The notes below the pieces were generated by a model. The model was not told where the DNA came from and did not search any database. It saw nothing but the letters and a program-made list of their open reading frames with translations. A stretch of DNA of 64,000 bases from NCBI GenBank assembly GCA_043228905.1, contig JBHGNT010000013.1, positions 15,252,001 to 15,316,000 on the forward strand, given 5' to 3'. This stretch comes from Azolla caroliniana. Taxonomy: Eukaryota; Plantae; Polypodiophyta. This document shows positions 47,593 to 62,304 of this stretch, one piece after another (position 1 is the first letter of the stretch; each line of letters opens with the position of its first letter). Made by a program: the position numbers and the translations under genes.

Positions 47593-48973
47593 ATAAGTTC
47601 TAGGAAAAGCTGAGCTGACAGAGCAATCCATGAATTAGTATGTTTTACAACATAAATTTTCTCTTCTGGGCTACCTAAAAAGAGGCAATAGAAATGGAAG
47701 CAATTTGTTTTCCTGTCCAGGCTATGTAACTGTAATGTATTTGGGATTTATTCAAAAAACTATCTTTCCTTAATTCTTACACTACAAAATTATCCTTCCT
47801 TTTCTTTTATTAATGTCGTTGATCTGTTTCATGTATCGTTTGATTCATGTTTACCTGGACATAGTAGACCAGTTTTATGTCATTGAAATTCCTGGCTCAC
47901 GTCTTTCAAACATATATATACCCTGGGTCTTAATGTGCAAATATTGTGAACTGAGCATTTCCTGTATCATGTTAGATTCTGATAATCACTGCTCCCCATG
48001 TGTTAATGATGTACAACCTAATATCATTTCTAATCTTGAGGTGCAACTTGTGTGATTTCCAACATACAAGAGATCAACACATCAAATAAACTTGTTTGCA
48101 TATCTTCATGATACTAATCCACAAAGACATTTGGATTAGCAATGATACCAAGTAATAAACATAAAGGGGAATAGAACACTTCATTATCCTTTCATCTCAT
48201 TCAGAGATTTCCTTTGGAATAAAGACAAAATGAAGTTAATATCTGATGTCTAATGTCAAATCTAAGCTCAGTCTTTCTGATGTAAATCAATAAAAGATAA
48301 AATGAAGCATATCTATTGTCTAATGTCAAATCTAAGATCAGTCTTTCTAATGTAAATCATCCTACCTCGTTTATAATATGAGTTTTAGCATACATCATTA
48401 GAATCTAGCTTTCCACATTGTTATAGAATAAATGTAATTTCTAGATATAAAGACCTACATGATTGTTTCACATATCTTCCTCCCAATTCTTGCATTGTCC
48501 TCATTAATCGATTATGTAATCCCTGGTTGAATATAAGATTTGTTTTTATGTGGCAAAATCATCACATTCAACCAATATCTAGATGCATGTAAATTCAGCC
48601 GATATCTTGAGTTAATTGTATATTTGTCTTTAGATGATTCAACTTATGACAGAAAACATGCAATAAAAGAATCATCCATAACAAATAAGCCATATTTACT
48701 GCATCAATGCTTTGACCAATCCTTTGAATGGTCCTTTCATCATCTTAATCTAGTAGAGCAATACAGAAGAATAACATGATTTAGTTTTAATTTCCTACCA
48801 TCTTAAAAACATATTGTGCCATGCAACAATCTGACCACTTGTAGCAACTAATATGGCTTGATTGCCATCTATAAAGCAAGACCACTAATAATTAATGCAA
48901 TTCTTACAACACAAGTCTCATTTCAACCAATGCTGTATCTAGTATACACCCCCCCCTTGCACAGTTCAGGAGA

Positions 48974-51900
48974 TTAATCAGAGCTGCCGGACAGCTCTCC
49001 TGTTATTGCCCCACTACCACCTGATGTAGAGCCTGTCGGAGCTGAACCTGTTTTTCCAACACGAGCTCTCTGGAGTTGTCTGAGCCGAAACACATCAGGC
49101 GTTCTGTTTTGGACAGACGTGGTTTCCTCCTCTTCTTGTCCTATATGAAGGTTACAGATAACGATATATATGAAGAATAAAAACTATAACAGATGAGAGT
49201 CTGCATATTTTGCTTTTAAGTATGAGAGATAGAGAACTAACTATCAAGATCTTTTCTTTTTTGACCGTCCGACTTCGTTACTCTTGCGGTGGTTGAGTTT
49301 GTATTACGTCCACCAAGCTTTGCAAAACCATTTACTCCAGGCTGACTTCTTGTATCCCCAGATGTTCCTTTTGCTTGTGAATTTTCAGATTCTGCACCGA
49401 TGCCCTCTGGCAGGCTGATAGGTATTTTCAGTTGAAGTAGTTCCGAAATCACCATATCGATACTAGGTGTTGGGCCTATAATGTGACACAAAACGATTAT
49501 AAATAAAACAACGGAATGACCTTAGCATTTCCAAGCAGACGGAGGCAATCTCACCTTCAACAGCTGGGAGTTGTCTGAGAAACGCACCGACAGCAGGTGG
49601 CAAAATTCTGACTGCTTCTTCAATAGATGCTGTAACGGCACCATCCATGGTTTGCTGTATGATACTAGTCAATGTTGAAGATCGAGGCTGTGAGGGAAGA
49701 GAAAGACCTGGCAAACCTATACAATAGACAATAAATAAATATATAGTCTGGCTAGAGTATATTAAAATGTACCAATGGCAATACCAGCAGGAACAGTTGC
49801 TTTCACCGGAGGTGGATGCAAGCCCAGTATTGGTTGTACACTGTTTGTTTCCATACCAACTGCTGTTGCCATTCCAGTTAGTGGTGTTTGGGCTGTACAA
49901 ACATGTTCAAAACCATCCACCGTTTGAGAAAACAAGTAACAGATCCATAAGTTACAAACAGATTCACTAGTTCTCTTACCTGCCATGGTCCTTGGGTCAT
50001 ACACTATCATTTTAGAAACATCTGGCCGTACTAAATTGGAAGATAGACTTGAAACTGCCATAGCTTCTAGACCTGTAGATCCTCTCTCTGTCGTTCAAAA
50101 TCCATCACAAGTTGAATGTATAAAAAATATATATTACTTCCCGTGCTTTGCATTAGAGGTGTTTAAAATATACCCCCTATTGAAGCATTAGCCTGTAGTG
50201 GAACAGTCTTTTCAGCTTTCCCAGGAAGCTTTTGTGTTAACGTCTAAAATAATCAAAGAGTTAAGTACACATCATTACAGTAGTTACATTAACAAAAAGT
50301 CATTCCACGATATAGATATGATTATTATTATTATTATTATTATTCATTCCAAGCAGCCTTGCAATAATGCAAACCTGTTGACGAGCAAGATAATCCAAGT
50401 CTTGTGAAGAGCAGGGCCACAAGTCCAAAAAACGGTAGCGAGAAACAAGTTGCTGTAAAGAACTTTCAGATGCAGCTGCTCCTTCATCTCCAATTAGCAA
50501 AAGAGCATCCTTTCTCCTTTGTTGGACCTGTATTATAACAGTAACATATCCAATCATCTAGGACAGACATTTCCATAATCAGTGTAGTATGAAAATCACC
50601 TTGTAAAAAGTGACCACATACTGTATTATCGAAACTTAAATAATCTTTCCCATGTATATCCTTTTGCATCCACCATACAGTTGACTGAGATCTCACATAC
50701 TTTTACATTCACCGAGCTTTCATCTTCTAGTCAAAAGTGGGCACATACTGTATTACAAAACTTAAATCATCTTTCCCACGTATATCATTTTGCACCCACC
50801 ATACAGTTGACTGAGCTCTCACATACTTTCACATTCACCGAGCTTTCACCTTCTAGTCAAAAAATTCTCAATCTGGAATCTTCTGTTTCCACTGTGATCA
50901 CACAAACTTGATCACCACCATATATAGAAACCCATGCTATAATTCATGGTTCAAGCCTATCTAGTATTACTCAAGCTTGATAACATACTGTTAACAAATA
51001 CCAAGTTATTCACTTCAACAGTTTTTCTTCTTGATGATAGTAGTCCTGTGGAAACTAAAAAATTTCATGCCTACTACACGTGCCAAAGCCTCAATGGGAT
51101 CATATGTTTTGTTTTTAGAAGAACTAAATTATCATGGACGTTTGGTTATTCCACTGAATCCATCATCTTATTCCTTCCTCATTTGGTAATTTTACAAATT
51201 GTTTTCACCTTCAGATAAAGAACATAGAAACAATAAGATTTTGATCTGATTCAGAATTATATCTTTAGTCCAAGGTGTACGGAGTACTGGTAATAAGAAG
51301 CATAACTATCATTTCTTTTTTTTTGTTTAGCATAGTGTTTTGTGTTTAATTATTTAGTGTTATTTCGCATTATAGTTATTTCATATTTTGTGTTGAGTGT
51401 GTTAATTTTGTTTGTTAAATTTTACTCTTCTTTTTTATTTTCTTTGTTAATGCTTGTTAGTTAATTTCATAGATTAATTTTTGGAGAGTTAGTAAACCAC
51501 CAAAAAATATCCGTTGACAAAGTACCAATAGTGTCTATCCCCATGGATAAATTCTCTTTGACCATGACCCCAGGGATCATTGAAATCGACAGAGTCGAGA
51601 CCCATCCGTGACGTCTCAAGATAATCCCAGGAGTGGGAGATTCAGTTGCTTTATACTTAGAATCCTGAATCTATTTCAAAGTTCTGGACTAGGGTTTTCT
51701 CAACCCAAGCAAGTACTGAGCTGAGACACACAATCATCAGCCTATATGAGCTCCCAGGACATAGATGTAACAAGAAAGCCTGTAGAGATTGAGACTCTAA
51801 TGCATAATTTCTCAGTCACCACATGAGCCACGTGACTATGCATCCTAGCTTGCCCATCTTCTAGAAATCATCCAAGCAGAATAAGACAGTATATGGATCT

Positions 51901-54900
51901 GACCAAGAGTGCCCCCCTTGATAGAAAGAAGACAAACTAAAGGTCCAGGAAACAGTCAAATATATAAAGTGATTTTAGGTTATTGTCATTTAAATCAACA
52001 GCAAACTGTATTTTTACCTTCAACATGCTAGAGAGATCACCATATTCCTGTTCAAACTGCACAAATCTATTCCAAACCTGCAAATGAAATTCATTAGATA
52101 ACCATTATAAAACATGATCTTGTCAGAGAAATTTCTTGTATTAGACCTACCTCAATGGATTCTTCAGGGGGGAGCACATTCAATGCTCGCTCAAAAAGTA
52201 CACGTACATTCTGGTCATCATTCAATCGACATAAGAAATCTGCGTATCTGCGCAATTATAAACCCATACATATCGCTTCTTTTCAACCGTAAATAGATAG
52301 GGTTGTTACAGACTTTACATATCATGCTACAAATAACACGGAATTTCAGAACCCTGGCTAGTACCACTGATAGAATTCCTTTGACCTATGGTCTGTTCAC
52401 TAACATTTCTTGTGTTAGAATTTTCATCAGAATTTATGGGTTGAATTATATGAACTAAATAACTATGAACTATTTTTAAAAAAATGCACACAACAGATTA
52501 AGCCTTCTGCAGGAGCTGCAGCCACTCTTTTCTGGCTTAATGTGTTTGTATTAAATAACCATTCTGCCCGTCTCTTTCCTTATCTCAGCCTATTTGCTAT
52601 CTTCTCAATGTTTAATCACCTTATCTTTTGCTACCTGCAGCATCAATTAAAGCTGTGGCTCATGATGCCAACACATTTCATAGTATGATTCAGACACACT
52701 ATCCACTTCAAGTTTGGTTTATAGGCATTCTGGCTGCCACTCCTTAAACACAAAACAACCAAAACAAAATGAAAGTTGAAATTGACATTGTGACGCTAAC
52801 ACAAATTTCAGTGTGAAAAGCTAGATAAACATGCTATATTCTTAGTATTACGTCAACTTTCACCTAAACATAAAAACGTTTATATGTCTCAAATTACAAT
52901 GGCAGAAACTTAGAAACGCCCAACTGGCAGATTGTCCTGCTAGTAGCAGATTTAAAACAGGCTCCCTTGACTAATATCTCCAGTCTCTATGACTACATTA
53001 GTCATAAGAAATGTTGTTGAATGTTATGAAATTCTTTCTTTAAAATTGTAACAGGAATGAAATGGAGTTTCCTATAGTCTTTGTTCTGGATACTAAAAGA
53101 GAAATACATTGTGTGATAGGAAACCTGAGCCACAATAGGGAATATGCCAATCTTCATCCTCTTTTATGCGACAGGGTGCCCATATCATACTCATCAGAGG
53201 AACTCCCATACCGCCTCAGTGCAGTCCAGTACCTTTCTTGTGATACTTCTAATGACCTCATAGTAAATTAACGCAGACCAAAGGCATGATCATCAGCACA
53301 TCTTCAACTTGGATGCCTGATTAAGCATTTAGATTTCAGTTTATCTAGATCTCAAAGACAATTAAGGCTCTGATCATTTATATACATATATATTGCAAGG
53401 TCACTTTCATAAGGTCTCAGTCTGGATAAGGAAGACAAGAGAGGTTAACAGGGGGATAAATATACTGTTTTGGGAGCCTTCCATAGCACGTATAATGTAT
53501 ATGTGCATTCAGTTCTGAGAACCAAGAAACATTTCTGGTTATTGGTATCTTGTTAGATAGGCCGATGATCTTAGTCATGCCAATGTGGCGAGTCACATAC
53601 GTAGGGTTCACTGGCTCATATAGGACCCATGACTTATTGTGCATTTCTTTATTCTTATATGTTCATGTTATGAGCATGGAGAGCTTGCTGTCTTGCAGCA
53701 AGAGTGCAGCTTTCTTACGTAGTCCATCTACCACATCCTAAGGTACGAGCATGCTCTTCTCTTCCATTGTACAAGACGTAAGAAGAATTGATGGGACTCG
53801 TCCCAGGGATATTACGTTTCCTGGACACAAATCTCTAACATTCCTTTTTTACTTCTATTTGATTACTGTGATTTGGCTAATTGTATGATTAATTGGTAGA
53901 TCCTTAAGTAAAGTAGTTATTACTATGAACCATATTGCATATGGAAAACCCAAGCTTCATGCACCTTCTGTCTATTGTTGCTTACCTCTGAAAATTCTGA
54001 AGGACAGAATATTATTTCTTGTTTGTCTAACAAGAAATAATATTCACAAAATACATAACATAAAATTCATGTGAACAAGATGCTACATGGTGTTTGACAT
54101 GGTAGATATTTCTCAATGTATATGATAGATAACCTTCAACATTGTGACCAAACACTTACTCCAAGACATATGCTGGTTCATGAATGTACTTCTTCAGCCC
54201 CATCTCAAAAATGTTGCGTGCAAGCTGAAACAAAAAATTGACAATCAAAAAATCCATCATCCTTCAGGGAATAAAATCAGCCTATATTTACCTTTGCATC
54301 CTTCTCCAAGCACAAGACCATCATTGCTGATGCAACATATATATGATATGTACATAACGGTGACTTCCGGGCATCCACAAGAACTTTAAGAGCAGAGTCT
54401 GTTCCCTCGGTCCGTTGGACAAACCTAATGAACTGTCAATATATGCCCAAACATTCAAAGTAAGACAAAAACAATTATTTAAAAGGGAAAGTTCATATAA
54501 CCAATAATAAGCTTTAGCAGATGAAAACAGATTAGCCAAAAATACCTGAATATAAGCTAATGATGAGGATGCATGGCTATTCTTTACCAATATCTCATAA
54601 ACCTTTTTTGCTTCCTAAAAATGAGTACAGGGTCAAAGTTTGCCCATTGTAAACCAAAATTACATGACCTTGTAGAAAATGTGAAACCTGGATATTCCCA
54701 CGAGCTTCCTCAAATTCAGCATAAGCATAGTGAAGCAATATTTTATCTGCCATGAAAACAAGTTAATGGCAATTCAAAGAAATTTCATTGTCTCCATATT
54801 CTGATTTTGCTCATATATGTCTAACTCTTATGGGTGCAAATATATCATACTACAAATATTTAATGCATATATTTTACACAGACTTTAAACTGCCTGCAAT

Positions 54901-57900
54901 ATTGCAAAGATAAACACATACCTGGTAAGGCCTTAAGTGCTCTTTGGAATATTACAGCAGCTGAATCTGAGGAACCTGCTTGAGCATGCCATGTGGCATA
55001 ATCATACCAAATGTCTGGGTAATGGTATAAAAACATGAGACACTGCCACCAAATTCAACAGCAGCCAATAAGTATTGCAGATGAGAACATGTATTTGACA
55101 CCAGACAGTTAGGAAAATCTAAAACAAGATCATTTCCTCCTAAACTTTTCAATATATAAAAATAACAGTAGCATAAGGCTCTCACCATTTTTTTATTCTC
55201 GTCCATTGTTAACAATAAAGACATACGGGCCAGAAATGTCAATCTCTAAGGGGCACTAAATTCCTGGATATGACATTTGTGTTGTAATGTACACTAAATT
55301 TTTATCAAGTATTTCTACTTTATATCTGATTTCTAGCCGGGGCAAAATTTTAGTAATTTTCATGTTTACCATATACTCTGGAATTTTCTAATGATGCAAC
55401 AGGGTGCTAGCCTTGAAATGCCATACATATGGCATAACCTATCCACATTGAGCATAAAGAACTCACATATATTAACTGACCTGATTCGACTTAATTATTA
55501 GTAAGCTCTAAGCAAACATGATCATTTGTTTTACTACTCGGGAAGAAAATATGTGTAAATTTGTAAAAGGTAATAAATATGGATGTTTCTTGATCATCAA
55601 AGCATTGCTTGCACGAATATTTTTATCCAAGCATGTTATTGGAAATCTTTCAAAACTATGAAACAAAACAAAGTGTTAATACCTGCTCATATGTGAAAGC
55701 TACTCTTTTCATCAGTGAAGCAGGATCTAATTTCTGAGGATTCCCTCTGTAAACGAAGTAATGAATTATTAATTAATGAAAAGAACTACATAAAAATACA
55801 ACGGGTTAATATGCTTCCAGAAGAACACAAAGTCAGAATATAAATGTAAAATTTATACTAGATAAAGCTAGTCCTTAGGAATGGAATGGATGATCCAGAA
55901 GGCACCATCAAAGATATGCAACCTTTGTTATGAAGACAATGTGGATAACTGCATTGTGATACTATAGATACTCACTTTTCAAAATTCAATAGCTGTTTCC
56001 ACGCGAAACATTGCTGCTCCTCCTGCATTTATTAACATAGAACTGAAACAACTCAGAAGAGAAACATTTGACCATCCAAATAAAAATATGAAATCTACAT
56101 TGTAATAATATTAAGCTTATGTACTGACTTTATTTCTTCTAATTGCAGAGGGTTATTGAAAAAACATTGACAAAACAAAGGAAATTTCAAGAAAGGATTG
56201 TCAGTATGCATGTGCAAATGTAGAACTTTCATACAGCATCTTCAGGGCATAGAATGTAACTTCATGCATAAATATTTTCTACCAACAAGAACAGTTTCAT
56301 TCCTCTTTACCACCAGCGAAAGCTCTGAGAAAAGAAAAGCCCTGCCTGATACATTAAAGTCAATACAAGCATGATTTCTTTTGACAAAATCTGATAGTAC
56401 GCATCAGGGCCTTCAAAATGTTATGGGCATAGATTGACCTATGCGTGATATTCGTGGTATTTGCCATCCGTAAATTTTATGATATTCGAGAATAGGAAAT
56501 GGCCCCAGGAATATTATAAAACCATTCATTTACATATACATATACACACATACATATACACATATTACATATAGATATACACACATACATATATACATAC
56601 ATACACACACACACATATATGTATATACACACATACATCAATAATTAATTAATTCACTAATATAATAATTAATTTACTAATACATTAATTAATTAATTCA
56701 CTAATACATTAATTCATTTACTAATACGCTACATAATTCATTAAAACATTTATTAATTCATTGAAAAATATTAATTAATAATCAATTACTACATTAGTAA
56801 TTAATTATTTAGGGCTTTGGCTAAACTTAGGGTTTCAGTGAAACCCTGAGTTTGCAGCCGAGAACAGGATGTAGGATTAGCGTAGAGCATGAGAGGGCGG
56901 CAGGACACAGGCCAAAAAGAAGAAATAGGGTCGAAATTAGGATTTTGACTGAAATTAGGGTTTTCAGCCAAAACCCTAATTTTTCTGGCCGAGAATAGGA
57001 TGCAGGAGGGGATGGCAAGGTGTAAGCATCACACACAGGGAGCAGGGTGAGGCTTCCTCCTTGCTGCGCGCTGTTCAGTCACTCGCAAATAAAAAACATT
57101 TTTTTTTTCAAAAAGAACTTTTAAAAAACGAATACATTTACATGTATTCGTATTCTTATTTGTATGCATTCGTGGGACAGCCCCCAAGAATGCGAATATG
57201 TCAATCTATGATTATGGGATTGTGTTCTAGTTGCCTTGCAATTGCAGAGGGTTAATGAAAAACCATAGACAAAATGAAGCAAATTCCAAGAAAGGATTGC
57301 AAATATGCATGGGCAAATGTAGAACTTTCATACAGCATCTTCAGGCATGGATTCATCATTCATTTATCCGTCAATTATAATTTCATGTATAAATATTTCC
57401 AACAAACAAGAACAGTTTCACTGCTCTTTTCCCCAGAGAAGGCTTTGAGAAAAGAAAAGCTTTGTCTGATAAAACCTGATGATAAGCATCAGCGCCTTCA
57501 AAATGTGATGGGATTGTACGCTAGTTTTCATCCACATTTTTCGAGAATAAAACTGAAACTATTCTAATTATGTGAGAGGAATTGGGAAAGTTGCCTTCAG
57601 AGATCCAGTTGGAGGTACTGCCAGCATATTGGAATCTATTCGTTCACAGAATTTCTTGCGCTCCCTGTACACAGCTCTTGCACTGTAATGTTTTGGCTGA
57701 TATTCAGCAAGAAGACTTTTTGCCTGAAGTCACATAATACATAATTACCATTTAAACAAGACGATTCTACATTTTATATTCAATAAAATTCAAAGCAGAT
57801 GGCACACCAGAGCACGACTGATGGAATTCTCAAAACTTTCATATTCCTTCCACAGTTGTTCCACGAGATGTATAGGTGCTACAACTGCCCTCTGATATGC

Positions 57901-60900
57901 TTTTCTGATAGCTGTCATTCTTTGTGATTCTTCTTGAGGTGATGTAGCCTGAATAAATGTATTAGAAAAAGTATTACTCCACAGTAATTTGAGAATTCCA
58001 GGTGCATTTGTTACTCTTGCAAGAAAAACCTCAGAACTTTAAATTACCGGAGCTGTCTTCAAGAAAGATATATATTCCATCCACACTGCTCCAGATCCAA
58101 TGTCCATTCCTGCAAGCACAAAATATCCAATATTACTTCCATTAAAGATAATTGTTCTCCGACTGCATTGAAGCAGTTGGCATAATAATTAAAAACATAT
58201 TGAATCAACACGAGCTAAATTCAACTTGGAGCATGGTTCTCTATTGATGAAGTGATGATCAAAGTTGGTATCAAAGGATAGGATACAAATCACTCATATG
58301 ATGGAAATAGATGCTGCAAAGGACTTAATAAACTCACCAATATGACCTAACATAAAATCAAACGCCTTCTTAGTTTCATCTCGACCTTCAACACCTCGTT
58401 GCTCATTAACCTTTCGGATGAAGCGTATGTAACACCGCCTGCATCCATTTGCTAATGTCAATACGGCTGCACCTTGAGAAGAATAACATGCACATTGCCT
58501 AAAATACCGTACTCATACTTGAAACAAGAAATCATAATGTGCATGTGGGACTATCACTGCGTAGATACTACCATCAACATAGAGATTATAGCATATTTAG
58601 AGACTCAAGGTGTCATAGGTACCCTCATTCCAATATAGATTGAATTGTCCACATCTCGACATGAGTAAAGTGGAAAAGAATGGAAAAATCTAAGCTTATC
58701 TTATTAAGTTGGATAGAGAAAGAACATAGATGATAAGCCTCGCAACATCTTTTAGTAGGAAGATGACCTGCTATAAGGCACTCTTTTCACACATGTCAAA
58801 GAATTTAATTATTATCAGGCCTTCTTACATGGATAAACATATATCACATGCACTCCATAGAGTGATAGGGCAGCTCAAGACATCTTCACATCAGTTAGAA
58901 ATTGAAACAAGAATATCTGGATGCAAAACTTCGGAAGGATGGATCTACCAAGTGCGCCATCGGGGAGTGGAATTGGAAGAACATTATGTTTGCCATGGTG
59001 CAATTTCCTAAGAAATAGGAGGGAGATAATACCACTGGCTTTTCGAACAAGGCTTTGGCCCAGTATGTAAGGTAATCGGTACGAAGACCAGTGGTGCTTA
59101 CAACTATTCTTGCTAGAACTCAAGATATATAGACTGAAGTTGTTGAAGGACAACAATACAACCACAACAGTTCATCAACAAAGAGCAACCATGACATTCT
59201 TTAGCTCCATCATTCCTCATGCTGTGAGTCAATCACAAGCAGGTTTCGACCAAGACATTCGAAAGGGGTTACAATAGATCAGGGAATAGCAAAGTGGTGT
59301 GCATGTAGGCCACGACCATTGGGACCATGGCCTCGTCACCCTTATCGCCAACAAATAAAGGCCAGTATCAACTAGCACCAATGTGAATCATTCAATTCAG
59401 AGATCTCTCCATCTAGGGGCAAACAGCAACTAAGTTGTCAAAAGCTTGGAAAGATTACACAACAAATAGCTTATTACATATTTCCAGTCAAACATACCAA
59501 AGATCAACATGAAGGCAATTTAGCAAGCAGCGACTGAATATTTGCTTTGTTGCATCATCATTATTTGCATTCATTTGTGCCTCAACATATGCCCGCCAAT
59601 ATCTTGCCTGAATATAACAAACCAAATATACTATTATGCACATAAAGCTGAAAAAATATAAATGATAGTACTTGATCACATTCAAGGACATAAATTTGAT
59701 TTTCTCCAGTAGCAAGGTCCATGTTTAATTAAAATGCATGAATAATTCGTCAAAATTTTAAAATAGGAATTTCATTCTCTATGTTGGCATGTATCCACCT
59801 GTATTCAACAGATTGTTTTGGCCATGTTGATCAGTAGTCAAGAAGATGAAGGCTGAGCTTAGTATGGTGTTGCAAATTAATCAACTTACAACTCAGATGT
59901 GGAAATATTACCGCTGTTGGGAAGTTGGTGAGTAGCACTTCATATAAAGCAGCTGCTTCAGATATCGGCCTCATCTGACATGTGTAGATAATTTCAGCTT
60001 GCTTGAGTTAAAGTATATTATCCAAATACCTTTAATACAAACATAGTTAGTAAAATGATGCGGGAGAAAACCAGCACACAAAAGGGCATGGTTACTTGTT
60101 AGATAAATATGCCCTTCCATTGGTGAAACGTAAAGGACATTCCGCAGCTGACATGTGTAGATAATTTCAGCTTGCTTGAGTTAAATTATATTATCCAAAT
60201 ACCTCTAATACAAACATAGTTACTAGTGGTAAAATGATGCAGGAGAAAACCAACACACAAAAGGGCATGGTTGCTTGCTAGATAAATATACCCTTCCATT
60301 GGTGAAACGTAAATGGGATACTTAATGGCCATTAAGATAAATATAACAGTGAAAGCGAATAGAAACTCCACTTTTTGTTCTGGAACAAGTACTCTACATT
60401 GTGTCGAAAAATTTGTTCCACATTAGACGCCATTGGTGCAAAAAAATATCAGATTTCCATAGATATTTAATGAGGAGGAATGATGATCCTAATTCATGTT
60501 TGAGCAGCTCATGATATGGTAGTAAATGTCTTACACGTTGTGGATATGAAGTATGGAATCAACCATCAAGACATAATGCCCATGGGAATTTGTGACAGAT
60601 TTATGACCTAATTTTATGTTTTATAGTAAAAACTATGACCTATTGCCATTAAAAAAATAATCTATTGATAAGATTCACTACTATGACTCGCCTTCTTACC
60701 TGCTTTACAATTACTTTATTGATTCCACAATACCTATACATGTAAAATCTACTTCTACCTGCAAACATTTTTCCAAAGCATACATGATCAATCCTATAGC
60801 AATGCTTCTTGGGTCTTTTCACACTTGTAGATGCATTCAAGTATATTAAACACGATAATGTATAATAGACGAAGATTTATACCTGAGCTTCACTACCAAT

Positions 60901-62304
60901 AATATTCCATGCCTCACTGTCATAACAGTCTATGATTATGCGCTCTCGTGCTCGCCTTTCCTGGGAAAGTTAGTAACATATGGATAAAATTTCAAGAAAA
61001 TTCAAGTTATTAATTGATCATGCCTCTATCCGATGTCAATAAGGAGAGATAATTAGACCAAAACATAGCATACTAATGCACAAATTTGTGCAATTTATAA
61101 AAATGTCCATCAACAAATTTCAAATTTTCAGTTGCCTTTTGTTCAAACTTAAACGAGGAATGAATTTTTTAACAGAACACCATAAGGATGGTTTAATAGG
61201 CCCACACAAAACAAGATTGGAATATAATTACCAAAACGTTTACAAACCTTTGTCTAAACTTGTTTGAATTATTTATTAACGTATATCTCATGATTGGCAG
61301 GTTCCTATTCAAGAACATCTGAAATTTTACAGGTATATTTACCTTCAATTCAAAACTTTAAGGTGATATTTGAATATTGCAAGTGTAAATTACACTAAAC
61401 GCAGGTTTTTTTCCCCAACAATGCAGAGCTACAATTCTTTAAAGCTAAAACTGCATTACATATAGGCTAAACAGAGGTCATACGGACATGATCATTAAAC
61501 CCATATGTAACCCGAAATTATGTAGCTGGCCATTTTTTTGTTTAACTTTAATCTTCACTCAATAGGTTAAATATGTGGAAGGCTATATATACTATGGACA
61601 AAAAAATAATAATAATTAAAACCCTCTTTAACCTGAACAACATATAGGCTATTGTTAAGCCATAAAGAAACAATGACTAAAACCCCATTTTTATCCTCAG
61701 ATTGTGGGTTTTATTTATTGTGTTTTGGAAAATAAATGAGTTTAGTGTAACTTTCACTTGCAACTTTTGAAACCCACATTTGCACCGTAAATTCGTCGAT
61801 AGAAAACCTGCAAATTTTGAGATGAACTCCAAGTAGGGCCATCAAATTTAATAATTTTCCAAACGTAAATAGAAGTTGTTCACTGTTTGACATTTAATAG
61901 GCCATATTTGTTGCTTATTGTTCAGCATACGTCCAATTTGTTTGTTCATGTATGAGCTGCAATGTCATATTTTGTATTCATCTATGAGCTTAACTAGGTC
62001 ATTTTGTTGTGCATCCCAAGATGTCATATTTTGTATTCATGTATGCATTTTATGTGACATTTTTCTTGTCCAATGTCATAGTTTTTTATCAGGAAACTTT
62101 CCTTTCTTGTTCATCAACACGAAGTCATTGTTTTAATTCATCGGTGGACACTGCACTATTTTAGGGAGACAAGCATGGTGTGCTCAAAATCGAATAAGGA
62201 TTTTACCTTATCTGAGTGAGGCGGACCAATCTGAGAGAAGAGGCGTTCTAACGAGGAGGGGACAGAACCTGAAGAAGCACCTTCTTGAGGAGACGAAGGT
62301 CCAT
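48974..62304 (-). CDS. CSTF77: Cleavage stimulation factor 77-kDa subunit (Suppressor of forked / CSTF3), HAT-repeat protein, >20 exons; start exon tentative
   Basis: Exon peptides YDSEAWNIIGSEAQ (60883-60960), LYEVLLTNFPTA, YWRAYVEAQM..QIFSRCLLNCLHVDLW, KAFDFML, RKAYQRAVV, LLNFEK, FTYEQ, DARKSP, NVRVLFERAL, SRYRFLDLWPCS, RPDVSKMIVYDPR and C-terminal ELSGSSD-stop (48974). GT-AG borders where checked. Confidence 0.92.
50611..50862. repeat. ~125-bp tandem duplication in a CstF77 intron
   Basis: CACATACTGTATTA..AAACTTAAAT..TCTTTCCCA...CTTCTAGTCAAAA occurs twice. Confidence 0.88.
56141..57530. repeat. ~300-bp intronic tandem duplication, first copy interrupted by the MITE
   Basis: AATTGCAGAGGGTTA.TGAAAAA...GCATCAG.GCCTTCAAAATG occurs at ~56141-56427 and ~57240-57520. 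Confidence 0.85.
56428..57210. mobile_element. hAT-type MITE / non-autonomous DNA transposon in a CstF77 intron
   Basis: Terminal inverted repeats CATAGATTGAC / GTCAATCTATG and an 8-bp TSD GTTATGGG / ATTATGGG (7 of 8 match). AT-rich interior with TTAGGG(T) motifs. Confidence 0.8.
58700..59260 (+). mobile_element. Decayed 3' end of a non-L1 LINE (RTE-X/L2-like C-terminal CCHC region) in a CstF77 intron
   Basis: IGQLKTSSHQLEIET...GVELEEHYVCH...FEQGFGP resembles the LR.SSH.L.IETGR..C..C...E.E.H...C tail of such LINE RTs; stops and frameshifts present. Confidence 0.6.
59975..60320. repeat. ~173-bp tandem duplication that includes a CstF77 splice acceptor
   Basis: CTGACATGTGTAGATAATTTCAGCTTGCTTGAGTTAAA... 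at 59975 and 60148. Confidence 0.9.

Noticed and set aside
50170-50200. GC-AG intron in CstF77
   Set aside because: Extending the exon to GGG G|GTATAT gives a standard GT donor that keeps the frame.
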